A stretch of 64,000 bases of DNA from Alphaproteobacteria bacterium (GCA_964291215.2 OZ219791.1:544001-608000); one strand, 5' to 3'; positions 10,186 to 22,753 are shown, numbered from the stretch's first letter. The notes: a model not told the origin generated them from the sequence alone. Numbers and translations are program-made.

Positions 10186-11826
10186 CTACTCAACAGCTCC
10201 GGCGGTTGTTGGCAACTCGTAGCCGGAGAATGTCGCCCTGAGTTCCATCTTGAGCAGTTTCCCCGTCGCCGTGTGCGGAAGGTCGTCGACAAAGACAACA
10301 TCGTCCGGAATCCACCACTTGGCGACCTTGCCTTCGAAATACCCGAGGAGTTCGGCGCTCGATACGCTGCTGCCCTCGTTTCGCACCGCAACCAGCAGCG
10401 GGCGTTCGTCCCATTTCGGGTGGGCAACGCCGATGACCGCGGCCTCGAATATGCCGGGATGGCCGACCGCAATGTTCTCGAGGTCGATCGAGCTTATCCA
10501 TTCGCCGCCGGACTTGATCACGTCCTTTGAGCGGTCGGTGACCTGCACGTAGCCGTCGGCGTCAATCGTCGACACGTCGCCGGTGGCGAACCAGCCGCCC
10601 GCGTCATGGCTGTCGCCCTCTCCCTTGAAATAGGAACTGCATACCCAGTGGCCGCGGACCTTGAGTTCCCCGAAAGCCACATCGTCCCACTCCAGATCCC
10701 GGTTGTCGTCGTCGACGATCTTCATATCGACGCCGAAGCACGGACGCCCCTGCTTGACCTGACGGTCATAGCGTGCCTCGCGGGTCTCATCTTCCATCCC
10801 GTTCTTGGCTGTATTGACGGTGCCGATCGGGGACATTTCCGTCATCCCCCAGGCATGGAGCACCTGCACGCCGTACTTCTCCTCCAGCGCCACGCTCATG
10901 GCTCGCGGCGTCGCGGACCCACCGATAACGCAGCGCTGCAAGCTGTTGAGGCCGCCTCCGCTCCGCTCGAGATGGTCGAGCACCCCGAGCCAGACGGTGG
11001 GCACACCAGCCGACAGGCTGACCTTTTCCGCATCGACGAGTTCGCACAGGCTCGCGCCGTCAAGCTTCCGGCCCGGCATCACGAGCTTGGCGCCAACCAG
11101 AGTCGCCGAATACGGCAGGCCCCAGGCATTGACATGGAACATGGGAACGGCGGGCATCACCGAATCCCGCGCCGAGAGACTCATCAGGTCGGGCGCGGCC
11201 GTAGCAAGGGCGTGGAGAACGGTCGAGCGGTGGGTGTAGAGCACGCCTTTGGGGTTGCCGGTGGTGCCCGAGCTGTAGCACATCGACGACGCGGCCTCCT
11301 CGTCGAGAAGCGGCCATTCGTAATCATCGTCCTCGGCCGAGACCAGCGTCTCGTAGCAGTGCACGGCGGGCAGGGACGTCTCCGGCATGTGGCCGTCGTC
11401 GGTCATGACGACAACGGCGCGGACCGAGGTGAGTTCGCCCGCGATGCTCTCCAGAAGCGGAATGAAGTCCGCATCGACGAAGATGACCGAATCTTCCGCG
11501 TGGTTGGCGATGTAGGCGATCTGGCCGGGAAACAGGCGCGGATTGATGGCGTGGCATATGGCGCCCATGCCGGCAACGCCGAAATACAGCTCGTAGTGGC
11601 GGTAGCCGTTCCACGCGAGCGTCGCGACGCGGTCTCCCGTGTCGACCCCGAGGCCTGAAAGAGCTTTGGCCAGCCGCTTCGCGCGCGACCGGGCCTCGGC
11701 GTAGCCGTAGCGGTGAATCGGCCCTTCAAGAGTACGCGACACGATCTCGGTGGCGCCGTGAAACCTTGCTGCATGATCAAGAATCGAAGAGATCAGCAGC
11801 GGTTGTCTCATCATCAGGCCAAGCAT
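10186..11826 (-). CDS. Acyl-CoA ligase, 3-methylmercaptopropionyl-CoA ligase (DmdB)-like
   Basis: [22 protein letters not shown]-terminus, [33 protein letters not shown]. Confidence 0.85.
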   Translation of the reverse strand: MLGLMMRQPLLISSILDHAARFHGATEIVSRTLEGPIHRYGYAEARSRAKRLAKALSGLGVDTGDRVATLAWNGYRHYELYFGVAGMGAICHAINPRLFPGQIAYIANHAEDSVIFVDADFIPLLESIAGELTSVRAVVVMTDDGHMPETSLPAVHCYETLVSAEDDDYEWPLLDEEAASSMCYSSGTTGNPKGVLYTHRSTVLHALATAAPDLMSLSARDSVMPAVPMFHVNAWGLPYSATLVGAKLVMPGRKLDGASLCELVDAEKVSLSAGVPTVWLGVLDHLERSGGGLNSLQRCVIGGSATPRAMSVALEEKYGVQVLHAWGMTEMSPIGTVNTAKNGMEDETREARYDRQVKQGRPCFGVDMKIVDDDNRDLEWDDVAFGELKVRGHWVCSSYFKGEGDSHDAGGWFATGDVSTIDADGYVQVTDRSKDVIKSGGEWISSIDLENIAVGHPGIFEAAVIGVAHPKWDERPLLVAVRNEGSSVSSAELLGYFEGKVAKWWIPDDVVFVDDLPHTATGKLLKMELRATFSGYELPTTAGAVE

Positions 11827-11917
11827 GAGGGGGGGCCCTTTGCGTAATCTCCGGTTCCTCGGTAAACAGGAAACTATCCTCTGACCTTCCCCGAGACAAT
11901 GACGGACAGGAGGCATC

Positions 11918-12721
11918 TTGGCGCACGAAAAACCGGCATTCGAAACACTGGATTTTGAGGTTGCCGACGGCATTGCGCAGTTGACCCTCAACCGCCCCGA
12001 CGCCGCCAATGCATTCACCCCCGAACTTTGCCGCGACCTTCTCGGGGCCGCGATCGTCTGCGACGAGCGCAATGACATACGCGCCGTGCTCCTCACGGGG
12101 GCGGGAAGCCTCTTCTCGGCCGGGGGCGACCTCAAGTTCTTCGCGTCGGCCGGCGACAACCTCGGTGCGGCGCTCAAGGCCATGACCGCGGACCTCCATG
12201 GCGCGATCGCCCGCATCGCTCACATGGACGCCCCCGTGGTCTGCGCTGTCAACGGCATGGCGGCCGGGGCCGGCGTCAGCCTCGCCATCGCCTGCGATTT
12301 CACGATCGCCGCCGAGTCCGCGCGCTTCACGCTCGCTTACACCGCGGCGGGTCTTTCCCCCGACGGCAGCTCGACCTGGTTCCTGCCCCGCATCGTCGGG
12401 TTGCGCCGCGCCCGCGAGCTCATGCTGACAAACCGGATGCTCACGGCCGGGGACGCGCACGCCCTCGACCTGGTCGACCTCGTGGTGCCTGATGAGGCGC
12501 TCGCCGGCGAAGCCCTTTCGCGGGCCGCTGCCTTCGCCACAGGCCCGACCCGGGCATACGGTGCCGCCAAGCGCCTCCTGCAGGACAGCATGACCAGCGG
12601 GCTCGAGACCCAGATGGACCGCGAATCGCGCATGATCGCCGACCTGTCGAAGGGCGCCGATGCGAAAGAGGGCATCGCGGCCTTCGTCGGCAAGCGCAAG
12701 CCGGCGTTCACCGGAGAATGA
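11918..12721 (+). CDS. Enoyl-CoA hydratase/isomerase (PaaG-like)
   Basis: [28 protein letters not shown]; RBS AGGAGG before TTG. Confidence 0.9.
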   Translation: MAHEKPAFETLDFEVADGIAQLTLNRPDAANAFTPELCRDLLGAAIVCDERNDIRAVLLTGAGSLFSAGGDLKFFASAGDNLGAALKAMTADLHGAIARIAHMDAPVVCAVNGMAAGAGVSLAIACDFTIAAESARFTLAYTAAGLSPDGSSTWFLPRIVGLRRARELMLTNRMLTAGDAHALDLVDLVVPDEALAGEALSRAAAFATGPTRAYGAAKRLLQDSMTSGLETQMDRESRMIADLSKGADAKEGIAAFVGKRKPAFTGE

Positions 12722-13590
12722 CCGTGAGCGGCATCGTCAAGAACAGCGCCATGGTCAGGGGGCGGCGCATGGCCTGGATCGAGGCCGGCGCCGGCGATCC
12801 CGTCGTCTTTCTCCACGGCAATCCGACCTCGTCGTTCCTGTGGCGCAACATCATGCCCCATATCAGCCATCTCGGACGCTGCATCGCCCCCGATCTGATC
12901 GGAATGGGGGATTCCGAAAAGCTTGAGCCGGCCGGACCGGACCGTTACCGGTTCATCGAGCACCGTGATTTCCTGGATGCGCTGCTGGCGGAAACAGGTG
13001 TCGAGCGCAACGTCACGCTGGTCATACACGACTGGGGGTCCGCCCTCGGCTTCGACTGGGCCAACCGGCACCGCGATGCGGTGCGCGGGATCGTCTACAT
13101 GGAAGCAATCGTGCGCCCGGTTTCCTGGGACGAATGGCCGGAGCAGTCTCGTCCGGTGTTTTCGGGACTGCGGTCGCCGGCGGGAGAAGAGCTGGTGCTC
13201 GACCGCAACGTCTTCGTCGAGCGGATCCTCCCGGGCTCGATCATGCGCAAGCTGACCGCGGAAGAGATGGCCGAGTACCGCCGACCATACACGGACGGAG
13301 GCGAGAGCCGCCGCCCGACCCTGACCTGGCCGCGCCAGATTCCGATCGACGGCGAACCGGCCGACATCGTGGAAATCGTGCAATCCTATGCCGACTGGCT
13401 GTCCGCATCACCCGTCCCCAAGCTCTTCATCAACGCCGAGCCCGGAGCGATCCTCGTCGGCGCACAGCGCGAATTCTGCCGGTCCTGGCCGAACCAGACC
13501 GAGATAACCGTGCCGGGCATCCATTTCGTGCAGGAGGATTCCCCCGACGAGATCGGATCCGCAATCGCCGCCTGGCTGGGCGGCCTCTAG
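12718..13590 (+). CDS. Haloalkane dehalogenase (LinB/DhaA-type, HLD-II)
   Basis: [24 protein letters not shown] (Asp nucleophile), [23 protein letters not shown]. Confidence 0.92.
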   Translation: MTVSGIVKNSAMVRGRRMAWIEAGAGDPVVFLHGNPTSSFLWRNIMPHISHLGRCIAPDLIGMGDSEKLEPAGPDRYRFIEHRDFLDALLAETGVERNVTLVIHDWGSALGFDWANRHRDAVRGIVYMEAIVRPVSWDEWPEQSRPVFSGLRSPAGEELVLDRNVFVERILPGSIMRKLTAEEMAEYRRPYTDGGESRRPTLTWPRQIPIDGEPADIVEIVQSYADWLSASPVPKLFINAEPGAILVGAQREFCRSWPNQTEITVPGIHFVQEDSPDEIGSAIAAWLGGL

Positions 13591-13666
13591 GGAAACGTCT
13601 GGCATCGGAAGGGGCAACGGTCCGGCCACAGCTGCCGCATCCCCGTCTGCCCGTGCAGGAAGGACC

Positions 13667-14863
13667 ATGGATTTCTCACTGGCGCCTGAAATCGAGGACT
13701 ACCGTCTTCGCATACGCGACTTCGTCGACACGCAGATCATCCCGCTCGAGGCGGATCGCGGAAACTACGATGAACACGACAATATCGCGCTCGACGTGCT
13801 CGAGAAGGTCCGGGGAGAGGCGAAGGCGGCGGGGCTGTGGGCGCTCCAGATGCCGGTCGAGCGCGGCGGGCAGGGCCTCCCCATTGCCGGCCTTGCGGCC
13901 TGCTACGAGGAAATGAACCGCTCGATATTCGGCCCCGTGTGCTTCAACTCCGCAGCCCCGGATGACGGCAACATGATCGTGCTCAACCGGATCGGGACCG
14001 AGGCCCAGAAGGATCGCTGGCTGCAGCCCATCATCGACGGCGCCGTGCGCTCGTCATTCGCGATGACCGAGCCGGCGCCCGGCTCCGGATCGGACCCGTC
14101 CATGATGCTGACGACGGCCGAGAAAAAGGGCGGCAGCTGGGTGATCAACGGTCGCAAGTGGTTCATCACCGGCGCCGGCGAGGCGCGCCACTTCATCCTC
14201 GTGGCCCGAACCTCTGACAATGGCCGCAAGGGCCTAACCGCGTTCCTCTTCGACGCCGAACAGCCGGGCTGGGAGATCGTCCGCCGGGTTCCGATCATGG
14301 GGCCGGAGGAACATGGCGGGCACTGCGAAATCCTCTTCGACGGACTCGAGATTCCCGACGACAATCGCCTCCTCGGCGTCGGGGACGGTCTCAAGGTTAC
14401 CCAGATCCGGCTCGGAACGGCGCGCCTCACTCATTGCATGCGCTGGGCCGGCATGGCCAAGCGCGCGCTCGAGGAGTGTTTTGACTATGTCCGCGAGCGC
14501 AAGGCGTTCGGGGAGACGCTTGACCGTCACGAAGGCGTACAATGGCTGCTTGGGGAGGCGGCCATGCAGATCGAGATCGGCCGGCTCCTTACCATGCGCG
14601 CGGCAGTCAAGCTCGACAGCGGCGACTTCGCGCGCAAGGAAGTCTCGATGGCCAAGATCGTCGTGTCGGAAACGCTGCACAAGGCGATCGACACCGCGAT
14701 TCAGCTGCGCGGCGCCCGGGGCTATTCGAAAGACACCCCGCTCGAATGGATGTACCGCTATGCACGTCAGGCGCGGCTCGTGGACGGCTCCTCGGAAACC
14801 CACAAGATGGTGCTGTCGCGCCAGCTGCTGGACGAGGGACTTGATTTCTGGAACTGGGATTGA
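13667..14863 (+). CDS. Acyl-CoA dehydrogenase
   Basis: FAMTEP, GRKWFITGA, QIRLGTARLTHCMR, ARLVDGSSETHK. Confidence 0.92.
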   Translation: MDFSLAPEIEDYRLRIRDFVDTQIIPLEADRGNYDEHDNIALDVLEKVRGEAKAAGLWALQMPVERGGQGLPIAGLAACYEEMNRSIFGPVCFNSAAPDDGNMIVLNRIGTEAQKDRWLQPIIDGAVRSSFAMTEPAPGSGSDPSMMLTTAEKKGGSWVINGRKWFITGAGEARHFILVARTSDNGRKGLTAFLFDAEQPGWEIVRRVPIMGPEEHGGHCEILFDGLEIPDDNRLLGVGDGLKVTQIRLGTARLTHCMRWAGMAKRALEECFDYVRERKAFGETLDRHEGVQWLLGEAAMQIEIGRLLTMRAAVKLDSGDFARKEVSMAKIVVSETLHKAIDTAIQLRGARGYSKDTPLEWMYRYARQARLVDGSSETHKMVLSRQLLDEGLDFWNWD

Positions 14864-14864
14864 C

Positions 14865-15602
14865 ATGCGGCGCGGTCCGACGCATTCGCCCGCCACCGCC
14901 GGCTGCGGTGAGTTCCGGAGGCTGAAGCTTCCGGCCAGACGCGCCGCGCCCGCGGCGGCGTTCGCCGTCATCGCTTTGCTGGCGGCCGGCGTTTCGGCGG
15001 CGGCCGACTCGATCGTCCTCGGCAGATTTTCCGCCGGCGATCTTTCCGCTTGGAAGGAGAAGGGCTTCGTCGGAGAAACCGCCTATCGCCTGGTCGACGG
15101 CAGGGACGGGAAGATTCTCGAGGCGGTGAGCCGCGCCAGCGCCTCGGGGCTGATTCTCGAGCGCCGGATCGATCTTACGGCAACGCCGGTTCTCGCATGG
15201 CGCTGGCGGGTATCCGGCCCCGTCAATCCACCGGACGAAAAAACCCGTGACGGCGACGACTTCGCCGCCAGGATCTACTTCGTGACGCCGGGACAGGGCC
15301 TGTTTTCCCTGCCAAAGTCCATCTCCTATGTCTGGGCCAGCCACCAGCCGGCCGGCTCGTCCTGGCCCAACCCGTACACCGACAATGTCCGCATGGTCGC
15401 CGTGGACTCGGGAACCCGGCACGCGGGAGAATGGCGGAGCCACCGCCGCAATCTGCGCGAGGATTTTCGTACACTGTTCGGACGCGACATCACGGAAATT
15501 ACCCATGTCGCCATCATGACCGACACCGACAACAGCGGGCTCTCCGCGCACAGCTGGTACGGTGACATCCGCCTCGAGGCGGCCGGCAACGACGGCAGAT
15601 AG
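14865..15602 (+). CDS. DUF3047 domain-containing exported protein
   Basis: Signal-like segment, WRWRV, GDDFAARIY, ISYVW, NPYT, IMTDTDN motifs. Confidence 0.8.
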   Translation: MRRGPTHSPATAGCGEFRRLKLPARRAAPAAAFAVIALLAAGVSAAADSIVLGRFSAGDLSAWKEKGFVGETAYRLVDGRDGKILEAVSRASASGLILERRIDLTATPVLAWRWRVSGPVNPPDEKTRDGDDFAARIYFVTPGQGLFSLPKSISYVWASHQPAGSSWPNPYTDNVRMVAVDSGTRHAGEWRSHRRNLREDFRTLFGRDITEITHVAIMTDTDNSGLSAHSWYGDIRLEAAGNDGR

Positions 15603-15620
15603 GCAGCCGGAGGCCCGGAT

Positions 15621-16733
15621 TCAGGCGGCCAGCCGGTCGAGCTCGTCGACGACTGCCGCTCCCATCTGGGTGCAGGAGATCGGGCTGGTGCCGGCGCCCG
15701 CGATATCGATGGTGCGGCAGCCCGAATCCAGGGCGTTGCGGACCGCCTGTTCCAGAAGATCGGCGTCTTCAGCCATGTCGAAGGAGTAGCGCAGCATCAT
15801 CGCATAGGACTGGATCATCGCCAGCGGATTAGCCTTTCCCTGCCCGGCGATGTCCGGCGCCGAGCCGTGGACCGGCTCATAGAGCGCACGGCGGCGCCCC
15901 GAGTCATCGGCCGGGCCCAGCGAGGCCGACGGCAACATGCCGAGCGACCCGGTCAGCATCGACGCCACGTCGGAGAGCATGTCGCCGAACAGATTGTCGG
16001 TGACGATGAGGTCGAACTGGGCGGGATTGCGGACGAGCTGCATGCCGCAATTATCGGCCAGCATGTGGGTCAGCTCGACATCGGGGAACTCCTCGTCATG
16101 GATCCATTGCGCCTCCTGGCGCCACAACACGCCGGACTCCATGACGTTGCTCTTCTCGGTGGAACAGACGCGATTGCCGCGCTTGCGGGCGAGATCGAAG
16201 GCGACGCGGCAGACGCGGTGGATCTCGCTCGTGGTGTAGACTTGGGTGTTGACGCCACGCCGCTGGCCGTCGGGAAGATCCTCGATGCCCCGCGGCTCGC
16301 CGAAATAGACGCCGCCGGTCAGTTCGCGCACGATGAGTATGTCGAGCCCGGACACCAGATCGCGCTTGAGCGACGACGCGTCGGCAAGGGCATCGAAACA
16401 AATGGCAGGACGCAGGTTGGCGAACAGGTCGAGGTCCTTGCGCAGCCGCAGAAGGCCGGCCTCCGGACGGACATCGTAGCCGACACCGTCCCACTTGGGG
16501 CCGCCGACCGCACCGAAGAGCACGGCATCGGCACCGAGCGCGGCCTCCATTGTCGCATCGGTGATCGCAACCCCGTGCACGTCATGGGCGGCGCCGCCGA
16601 CGAGATCCTCGGTCACGTCGAACGAGACATGGCGACGCCGGTCCATCCAGTCGATCAGCCGGCGGACCTCGGCCATCACCTCAGGCCCGATGCCGTCGCC
16701 CGGCAGCATCAGCAGTTTCTTGTTGGCGACCAT
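15621..16733 (-). CDS. leuB: 3-isopropylmalate dehydrogenase
   Basis: [41 protein letters not shown]. Confidence 0.97.
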   Translation of the reverse strand: MVANKKLLMLPGDGIGPEVMAEVRRLIDWMDRRRHVSFDVTEDLVGGAAHDVHGVAITDATMEAALGADAVLFGAVGGPKWDGVGYDVRPEAGLLRLRKDLDLFANLRPAICFDALADASSLKRDLVSGLDILIVRELTGGVYFGEPRGIEDLPDGQRRGVNTQVYTTSEIHRVCRVAFDLARKRGNRVCSTEKSNVMESGVLWRQEAQWIHDEEFPDVELTHMLADNCGMQLVRNPAQFDLIVTDNLFGDMLSDVASMLTGSLGMLPSASLGPADDSGRRRALYEPVHGSAPDIAGQGKANPLAMIQSYAMMLRYSFDMAEDADLLEQAVRNALDSGCRTIDIAGAGTSPISCTQMGAAVVDELDRLAA

Positions 16734-16788
16734 TACCGGAAGTCCCCCTGCCGCTCGGCGTCGACCCCGACGCAGCGCCCTGTCCCGT

Positions 16789-17409
16789 CTAGACCCGCGC
16801 CCCGGGGAGCCACGGCATCGCCTGTTTGCGCTTCTCCTCAAACGACGAGATCGCGGCTTCCGATTGCAGCGTGATCCCGATATCGTCCAGCCCTTCAAGG
16901 AGGCAGTGCTTGCGGAAGGGGTCGATCTCGAAGGAGATCTCCTCGCCGTCCGGTCGCACGATCTTCTGGTTTTCCAGGTCGACGGTCACCCGCGCGTTGC
17001 CGCCCTTGGCGGCGTCGTCGAGCAGCGCGTCGCGCTGCTCCGGCGTCACCGTGATCAGCAGCAACCCGTTCTTCGCCGAGTTGTTGAAGAAGATGTCCGC
17101 AAACGAGGTCGAGATCACGCAACTGATCCCGAAATCCTTGAGCGCCCAGGGCGCATGCTCGCGCGAGGAACCACAGCCGAAATTGTCGCCGGCAACGAGG
17201 ATCTCGGAATTCCGGTAGGCCGGGCGGTTGAGGATGAAATCGGGATCTTCCGAACCGTCACCCCGGTAGCGGATGTCGTTGAAGAGATTGGCGCCGAGTC
17301 CGGTGCGCTTGATGGTCTTGAGAAACCGCGCGGGAATGATGCGGTCGGTATCGATATTGTGGTCAGGCATCGGCACCGCGATACCGCTGAGCGTGGTGAA
17401 CTTGTCCAT
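16789..17409 (-). CDS. leuD: 3-isopropylmalate dehydratase small subunit
   Basis: [24 protein letters not shown]. Confidence 0.97.
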   Translation of the reverse strand: MDKFTTLSGIAVPMPDHNIDTDRIIPARFLKTIKRTGLGANLFNDIRYRGDGSEDPDFILNRPAYRNSEILVAGDNFGCGSSREHAPWALKDFGISCVISTSFADIFFNNSAKNGLLLITVTPEQRDALLDDAAKGGNARVTVDLENQKIVRPDGEEISFEIDPFRKHCLLEGLDDIGITLQSEAAISSFEEKRKQAMPWLPGARV

Positions 17410-17418
17410 GATCCTGTC

Positions 17419-18849
17419 CTATTCGGCCGGTCCGGCCGGGGCTGCGCCCAGTTCGCGAGCGTCCGCAAGGTGGCCGGTCACGGCCGCGGCCGCCGCCATC
17501 GCCGGGCTGACCAGGTGGGTGCGCCCGCCGGGGCCCTGGCGGCCCTGAAAATTGCGGTTGGAAGTCGATGCCGAGCGTTCGCCCGGCTGCAGCATGTCGC
17601 CGTTCATGCCGAGGCACATCGAGCATCCGGGCTCGCGCCAGTCAAACCCGGCGCTGGAGAAGACCTTGTCGAGCCCCTCGGCTTCGGCCTGTTCCTTGAC
17701 CAGCCCGGACCCCGGAACGACCAGGGCATAGACGCTGTCGGCGACTGTCCTGCCCTTCGCGATTGCAGCCGCGGCGCGCAGGTCCTCGATGCGCGAGTTG
17801 GTGCACGATCCGATGAAGACCTTGTCGACATGGATGTCGGCAAGCTTCTGTCCCGGCGTCAGGGCCATGTATTCGAGCGCCGCCTCGACCGTCTTGCGTT
17901 TCGCCTCGTTCTCGATCTCGGCCGGGTCGGGCACCGTCGCGTTTATCGGCGCGACCATTTCAGGGCTGGTGCCCCACGAGACCTGGGGCTCTATGTCGGC
18001 GGCGTCGAGCGTGACCTCGATATCGTAGGCAGCGCCGGGATCCGACCCGAGGGTCTTCCAGTATGCAAGCGCCTGTTCCCAGGCTCCGCCCTTGGGCGCC
18101 ATCGGGCGCCCCTCGACATAGTCGAACACCTTCTGGTCCGGCGCCACCAGTCCGGCCCGGGCGCCGGCCTCGATCGTCATGTTGCATATGGTCATGCGGC
18201 CCTCGACCGAGAGATCCTCGATCGCCTTGCCGGCATACTCAATCACGCAACCGGTGCCGCCGGCGGTTCCGATCTTGCCGATGATGGCAAGGATGATATC
18301 CTTGGCCACGACCCCGGCGCCGGGCTCGCCGTCCACCGTTATGCGCATGTTCCGGCTTCGCTTCTGCAGCAGCGTCTGGGTCGCAAGGACATGCTCGACC
18401 TCGGAGGTGCCTATCCCGAAAGCGAGCGCGCCGAGCGCGCCGTGGGTCGCGGTGTGGGAGTCCCCGCACACCAGGGTGACGCCGGGGAGCGTGAAGCCCT
18501 GTTCGGGACCGATCACATGCACGATGCCCTGGCGGACATCGAGAAAATCGATGAAGGGCAGCCCGAACTCCCTCGCGTTCTTCTCCAGAAGTTCGATCTG
18601 GATGCGCGATTCCTCGTTCTCGATGCCGTCCGCGCGGCCGGCGGTCGGCACGTTGTGATCGGCCACCAGAAGCTGTGCGTCGGGCACGCGCACCTGGCGC
18701 CCCTCCTCGCGCAGGCCGTCAAAGGCCTGGGCGCTGGTGATCTCGTGAATGATATGACGATCGATGTAGATGATGCTGGTGCCGTCCTCCTTCTCCTCGA
18801 CGAGGTGACTGTCCCAGATCTTGTCGTAGAGGGTCTTGGGTTCTGCCAT
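17419..18849 (-). CDS. leuC: 3-isopropylmalate dehydratase large subunit
   Basis: [39 protein letters not shown]. Confidence 0.97.
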   Translation of the reverse strand: MAEPKTLYDKIWDSHLVEEKEDGTSIIYIDRHIIHEITSAQAFDGLREEGRQVRVPDAQLLVADHNVPTAGRADGIENEESRIQIELLEKNAREFGLPFIDFLDVRQGIVHVIGPEQGFTLPGVTLVCGDSHTATHGALGALAFGIGTSEVEHVLATQTLLQKRSRNMRITVDGEPGAGVVAKDIILAIIGKIGTAGGTGCVIEYAGKAIEDLSVEGRMTICNMTIEAGARAGLVAPDQKVFDYVEGRPMAPKGGAWEQALAYWKTLGSDPGAAYDIEVTLDAADIEPQVSWGTSPEMVAPINATVPDPAEIENEAKRKTVEAALEYMALTPGQKLADIHVDKVFIGSCTNSRIEDLRAAAAIAKGRTVADSVYALVVPGSGLVKEQAEAEGLDKVFSSAGFDWREPGCSMCLGMNGDMLQPGERSASTSNRNFQGRQGPGGRTHLVSPAMAAAAAVTGHLADARELGAAPAGPAE

Positions 18850-18881
18850 TTTCCGTTCTCCTCGAATGCCGCCGGCCTCGG

Positions 18882-19379
18882 TCAGGCCGCGCCCGCGGAC
18901 AGATCCTTGTCGTCGGCCTCCGCCGGTTCCGCAACCGCCGCAGGGGCTTCGTCGACCGCAGCAGCCGCCTCGGGATTGGGAAGCGCGTCCGCCTGCCGGT
19001 CCGGCTCCATGGATCCCACACGATCCGCCCTTGCCGCAATCCGCGCGCTCTTGCCGCGGCGTCCGCGAAGATAGTAGAGCTTGGCGCGTCGCACCGCGCC
19101 GCGCCGCGCCACCTCGATCTTCTCGACGCGCGGGCTGTACAGGGGGAAGACGCGTTCGACCCCCTCGCCATAGGAGATTTTGCGCACCGTGAACGAGGAA
19201 TTCAGCCCCTTGTTGGAACGTGCGATCACAACGCCCTCATAGACCTGTATCCGTTCGCGCGTGCCCTCGACGACGCGAAAATGCACCCGCACGGTGTCAC
19301 CCGGCGCGAATTCGGGTATCGGACGCTCGGCGACCAGGCGGTCCATCTCCGCCTTTTCGATCTGTTCAATGAGATTCAT
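18882..19379 (-). CDS. rplS: 50S ribosomal protein L19
   Basis: [31 protein letters not shown]; acidic Ala-rich tail. Confidence 0.97.
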   Translation of the reverse strand: MNLIEQIEKAEMDRLVAERPIPEFAPGDTVRVHFRVVEGTRERIQVYEGVVIARSNKGLNSSFTVRKISYGEGVERVFPLYSPRVEKIEVARRGAVRRAKLYYLRGRRGKSARIAARADRVGSMEPDRQADALPNPEAAAAVDEAPAAVAEPAEADDKDLSAGAA

Positions 19380-20109
19380 GGCACTTTTCCTCTTCCCCGC
19401 GCGTCTTCTCCAGATAGCGGCTCCACAGATCTGGACGCCTCTCGCGCGTGATCGTTTCCGCCTGCGCCAGGCGCCAGGCCTCGATTCGTTCATGATGCCC
19501 GGACAGCAGGATGTCCGGAACCTTGCGGCCGCACCAGTCGGCTGGCCGCGTATAGTGGGGATATTCGAGAAGTCCCGAGGAGAAGCTCTCGTCGCGGAGC
19601 GACTCGGCCTCGCCGACAACCCCGGGAAGCAGCCGGACGCAGGCGTCGATCAGCGCGACGGCGGCAGGTTCACCGCCTGACAGCACGAAATCCCCAAGGC
19701 TTATCTCCTCGATCCCGCGAGCATCCAGCACCCGCTGGTCCAGGCCTTCGTAACGGCCGCAGATCAGCGTCACCCCCGTTCCGCACGCCAGCCGGGCGAT
19801 CCTGTCCTGGCACAGCTGCGCCCCCCGCGGGGTCAGGTAGATGGCCGGCGCACCATCGAGGGCATGAGCGGCAAGCGCCGCATCCACGACATCGGCACGC
19901 ATGACCATCCCCGGACCGCCGCCGAACGGAGAATCGTCGACAGTGCCGTGGCGGTCGGCCGCATGATCACGTATATCGGCCGTTTCCAGCCGCCATGCCC
20001 CATCCCGGAGCGCCCTGCCGGCGAGAGACAGCGCCAGCGGTCCCGGAAACATCCCGGGAAAGAGGGTCAACACCCTCGCCGTCCATGTCTGCCCGCCACA
20101 CGTGTGCAT
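19366..20109 (-). CDS. trmD: tRNA (guanine37-N1)-methyltransferase
   Basis: [42 protein letters not shown]; start approximate. Confidence 0.96.
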   Translation of the reverse strand: MHTCGGQTWTARVLTLFPGMFPGPLALSLAGRALRDGAWRLETADIRDHAADRHGTVDDSPFGGGPGMVMRADVVDAALAAHALDGAPAIYLTPRGAQLCQDRIARLACGTGVTLICGRYEGLDQRVLDARGIEEISLGDFVLSGGEPAAVALIDACVRLLPGVVGEAESLRDESFSSGLLEYPHYTRPADWCGRKVPDILLSGHHERIEAWRLAQAETITRERRPDLWSRYLEKTRGEEEKCHESH

Positions 20110-20110
20110 G

Positions 20111-20701
20111 TCAGCTACCTGTCCTGTCCGGCCCGCCACCGGTCGGCATCGCCGGCGGATCGATCACGATTCGCCGGTCCGCAATGTCCACCTCCGGCAC
20201 GGCCTCGGCGGTGAACGGCACCAGAATGCTCTCCGCACCGGGGCCCGGATCGATTTCCAGAACCTCGATCTCTCCCGCCGGGACGATCGCCGCAACCGTT
20301 CCCGCATGGCTGCCGTCTGCCAGGAACACGGAAAGCCCGAGAAGATCGGCGTGATAGAACTCGTCCTCTTCGGTGGGCGGCAGCGCCTCCCTCGAAACGT
20401 AGAGCCGTTCTCCCCTGAGCGCTTCGGCAGCCGCGCGGTCGCGCACCCCCGAGAGTTCTGCTATCGTCGCCCCCTTTCGGACCGCGCACACGCGGATGTT
20501 GAAGGACCGGCTGCCGCTCTCGTCGGCGACGGGTCCGTACGCTCCGATGTCCGCGGCGTCTGCGGTAAAGCTGCGGATCCTGACCGCGCCGCGCACACCG
20601 TGCGCCCCCGCGACCGCGCCGACACAGACGCGGCCCGCGCTCGCCGCGCCGCGAACCTGAATCGCGGACGCGATGCCGTGCTGTCCTTTTCCGCCGCCCA
20701 T
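20111..20701 (-). CDS. rimM: Ribosome maturation factor RimM
   Basis: [28 protein letters not shown]; position between rpsP and trmD; start uncertain. Confidence 0.93.
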   Translation of the reverse strand: MGGGKGQHGIASAIQVRGAASAGRVCVGAVAGAHGVRGAVRIRSFTADAADIGAYGPVADESGSRSFNIRVCAVRKGATIAELSGVRDRAAAEALRGERLYVSREALPPTEEDEFYHADLLGLSVFLADGSHAGTVAAIVPAGEIEVLEIDPGPGAESILVPFTAEAVPEVDIADRRIVIDPPAMPTGGGPDRTGS

Positions 20702-20761
20702 CGTTCAGACGCCCTGCCAATCTTCTCTGCCGCCGTCACCGAACTCTCCGCGGCCATGCCT

Positions 20762-21124
20762 TCAGGAATCGGACGGCGCCTGTGCGGCCGCCGCTTCCTC
20801 AGCCTCCTGCAGCCGTTTCTGGGCCTTGGCCTTGGGCGCGCTCTTCTTCGGCGTTTCCCGCCATTCGGGCGTCGGTATCATCTCGGCATGGCCCAGGAAC
20901 CGGGCGACGCGGTCGGACGGTTTCGCGCCTTGGGAAAGCCAGTGGCGCACCCGGTCCTCCTTGATCACGACCCGCTCCGGATGGTCGCGCGGCAGCATGG
21001 GATTGTAGGTGCCGACGCGTTCGATGAACCGTCCGTCCCGCGGCATGCGGGAGTCGGCGATGACGATCCTGTAGTAGGGGCGCTTTTTCGCTCCGCCCCG
21101 GGAAAGTCTCATTTTCAGTGACAT
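20762..21124 (-). CDS. rpsP: 30S ribosomal protein S16
   Basis: [31 protein letters not shown]. Confidence 0.98.
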   Translation of the reverse strand: MSLKMRLSRGGAKKRPYYRIVIADSRMPRDGRFIERVGTYNPMLPRDHPERVVIKEDRVRHWLSQGAKPSDRVARFLGHAEMIPTPEWRETPKKSAPKAKAQKRLQEAEEAAAAQAPSDS

Positions 21125-21197
21125 GCGGTTTCCATTCCTCCATCACGCCCGCCACGCCCACCGGGTCTCCGGCACCGGCGGCGGACAGCCTGTTCCT

Positions 21198-22595
21198 TCA
21201 GCGGGGCCTGACGCGCCTTCCCGGCGGCAGCATCGCGGGAACACGCTGCGCCGCCCCGCCCATGACCTGCTCTCCCAAGGAGTCGAAGCCCATTCCCATC
21301 TTCTTCGCTTTCTTCATCATCCGCGTGAGCGCCTGGTACTGCTTCAGCACCTTGTTGACGTCGTGCAGGCCGACGCCGGCGCCCGCCGCTATGCGGCGCT
21401 TGCGCGACGCCTTGATGATCTCGGGCTTGCGGCGTTCACGCAGCGTCATCGAGCTGATGATCGCCTCCTGGCGGATCAGTGTCTTCTCGTTGATATTGGC
21501 GGCGTCCATATGCTGGCGCGCCTTGCGTGCGCCCGGAAGCAGGCCCATGACGCCGCCGAGCCCTCCCATCTTGCGGAGCTGGCGGAGCTGGGCCGCCATG
21601 TCTTCAAGATCAAACCTGCCGGATTCGATCTTGCGCGCGAGGTTCCTGGCCTCCTCCTCCTTGACCAGCCCCTGCGCCTTCTCGACAAGGCTAACGACAT
21701 CGCCCATGCCGAGAATGCGCGACGCGATGCGGTCGGGATGAAATGCCTCTAGCGCGTCAAGCGTCTCGCCGGTGCCGAGAAGGCGTATCGGCGTACCGGT
21801 GGCCGCCTTCATCGACAGCGCGGCGCCGCCACGGGCATCGCCATCCACGCGCGTGAGAACGATCCCGGTCAATGCCAGCCGTTCGTTGAAGGTCCTGGCG
21901 ATATTCACCGCTTCCTGGCCGGTCATGGCATCGGCCACGAGCAGGACTTCGGCCGGATCCGTCGCCTTCCTGATGTCGGCCGCCTCGTCCATCAACGCAT
22001 CGTCGATCTGGGTGCGGCCGGCGGTGTCGAGGATGACCACGTCGTAGCCTTCCCGGCGCGCCGCATCCACGGCCCGCTCGGCGATCTTCCGGGGCGACTG
22101 TCCGAGCGCGATCGGCAGCGTTGCGACCCCGGCCTGCTCGCCGAGCACGGCAAGCTGCTGCTGGGCTGCCGGACGGTTCACGTCGAGCGACGCGAGAAGC
22201 GTCTTGCGCCCCTGATCCTCCTGTAGCCGCTTGCCGATCTTGGCTGCCGTCGTGGTCTTTCCGGAACCCTGCAGCCCGACCATCATGATCGCGGCAGGCG
22301 GCGCAGCGCGGATTTCGAGATCCTGGCTCTCTGGGCCGAGCATCTCGACGAGACCGTCATTGACGATCTTGACCACCTGCTGACCCGGTGTCACCGAGCG
22401 CATGACTTCTTCGCCGATCGCCCGTTCCGTGATGCGGTCGGTGAAGTCCTTGACCACCGGCAGCGCCACGTCAGCCTCAAGCAGGGCGACGCGGATTTCG
22501 CGCATGGCGCCCCTGACGTCATCTTCGGAAAGGGCGCCGCGTCTGGAGAGCCGATCGAAGATGTCGGCAAATCGGTCTGTCAAGCCGGCAAACAT
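21198..22595 (-). CDS. ffh: Signal recognition particle protein Ffh
   Basis: ALLEADV, GLQGSGKTT, DTAGR, DGDARGGAALS, ISSMT..ER M-domain; ATG at 22595. Confidence 0.98.
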   Translation of the reverse strand: MFAGLTDRFADIFDRLSRRGALSEDDVRGAMREIRVALLEADVALPVVKDFTDRITERAIGEEVMRSVTPGQQVVKIVNDGLVEMLGPESQDLEIRAAPPAAIMMVGLQGSGKTTTAAKIGKRLQEDQGRKTLLASLDVNRPAAQQQLAVLGEQAGVATLPIALGQSPRKIAERAVDAARREGYDVVILDTAGRTQIDDALMDEAADIRKATDPAEVLLVADAMTGQEAVNIARTFNERLALTGIVLTRVDGDARGGAALSMKAATGTPIRLLGTGETLDALEAFHPDRIASRILGMGDVVSLVEKAQGLVKEEEARNLARKIESGRFDLEDMAAQLRQLRKMGGLGGVMGLLPGARKARQHMDAANINEKTLIRQEAIISSMTLRERRKPEIIKASRKRRIAAGAGVGLHDVNKVLKQYQALTRMMKKAKKMGMGFDSLGEQVMGGAAQRVPAMLPPGRRVRPR

Positions 22596-22647
22596 GAAGC
22601 TTCGGTACTTTCTTAGAAATCGTCCGGAATCCGGTCCAAAACCGCAC

Positions 22648-22718
22648 TGCGCCAGCGAGCGCACCCGCGCCGACTGACTGACGCCGTATGGCGTTCAGAT
22701 ATCCAGATTATCCTGAGC
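22648..22718 (-). ncRNA. Putative alphaproteobacterial ffh leader RNA motif
   Basis: Lies between promoter and ffh; contains CAGTCGGCGCGGGTGCGCTCGC, resembling the ffh leader motif as I recall it, plus hairpin ACGCC-ATAC-GGCGT. Confidence 0.6.
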
Positions 22719-22724
22719 GCGTGG

Positions 22725-22753
22725 AAGCTAGATGGTTTGCTGCCAACTGTCAA
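22725..22753 (-). promoter_or_regulatory. Sigma70-type promoter of the ffh-rpsP-rimM-trmD-rplS operon
   Basis: TTGACA (22753-22748)-N17-TAGCTT (22730-22725). Confidence 0.75.

Noticed and set aside
16495-19074. Long antisense ORFs over leuCD, and similar ones at 57443-59401 and 2334-3839
   Set aside because: Stop-poor shadow frames typical of high-GC coding DNA.
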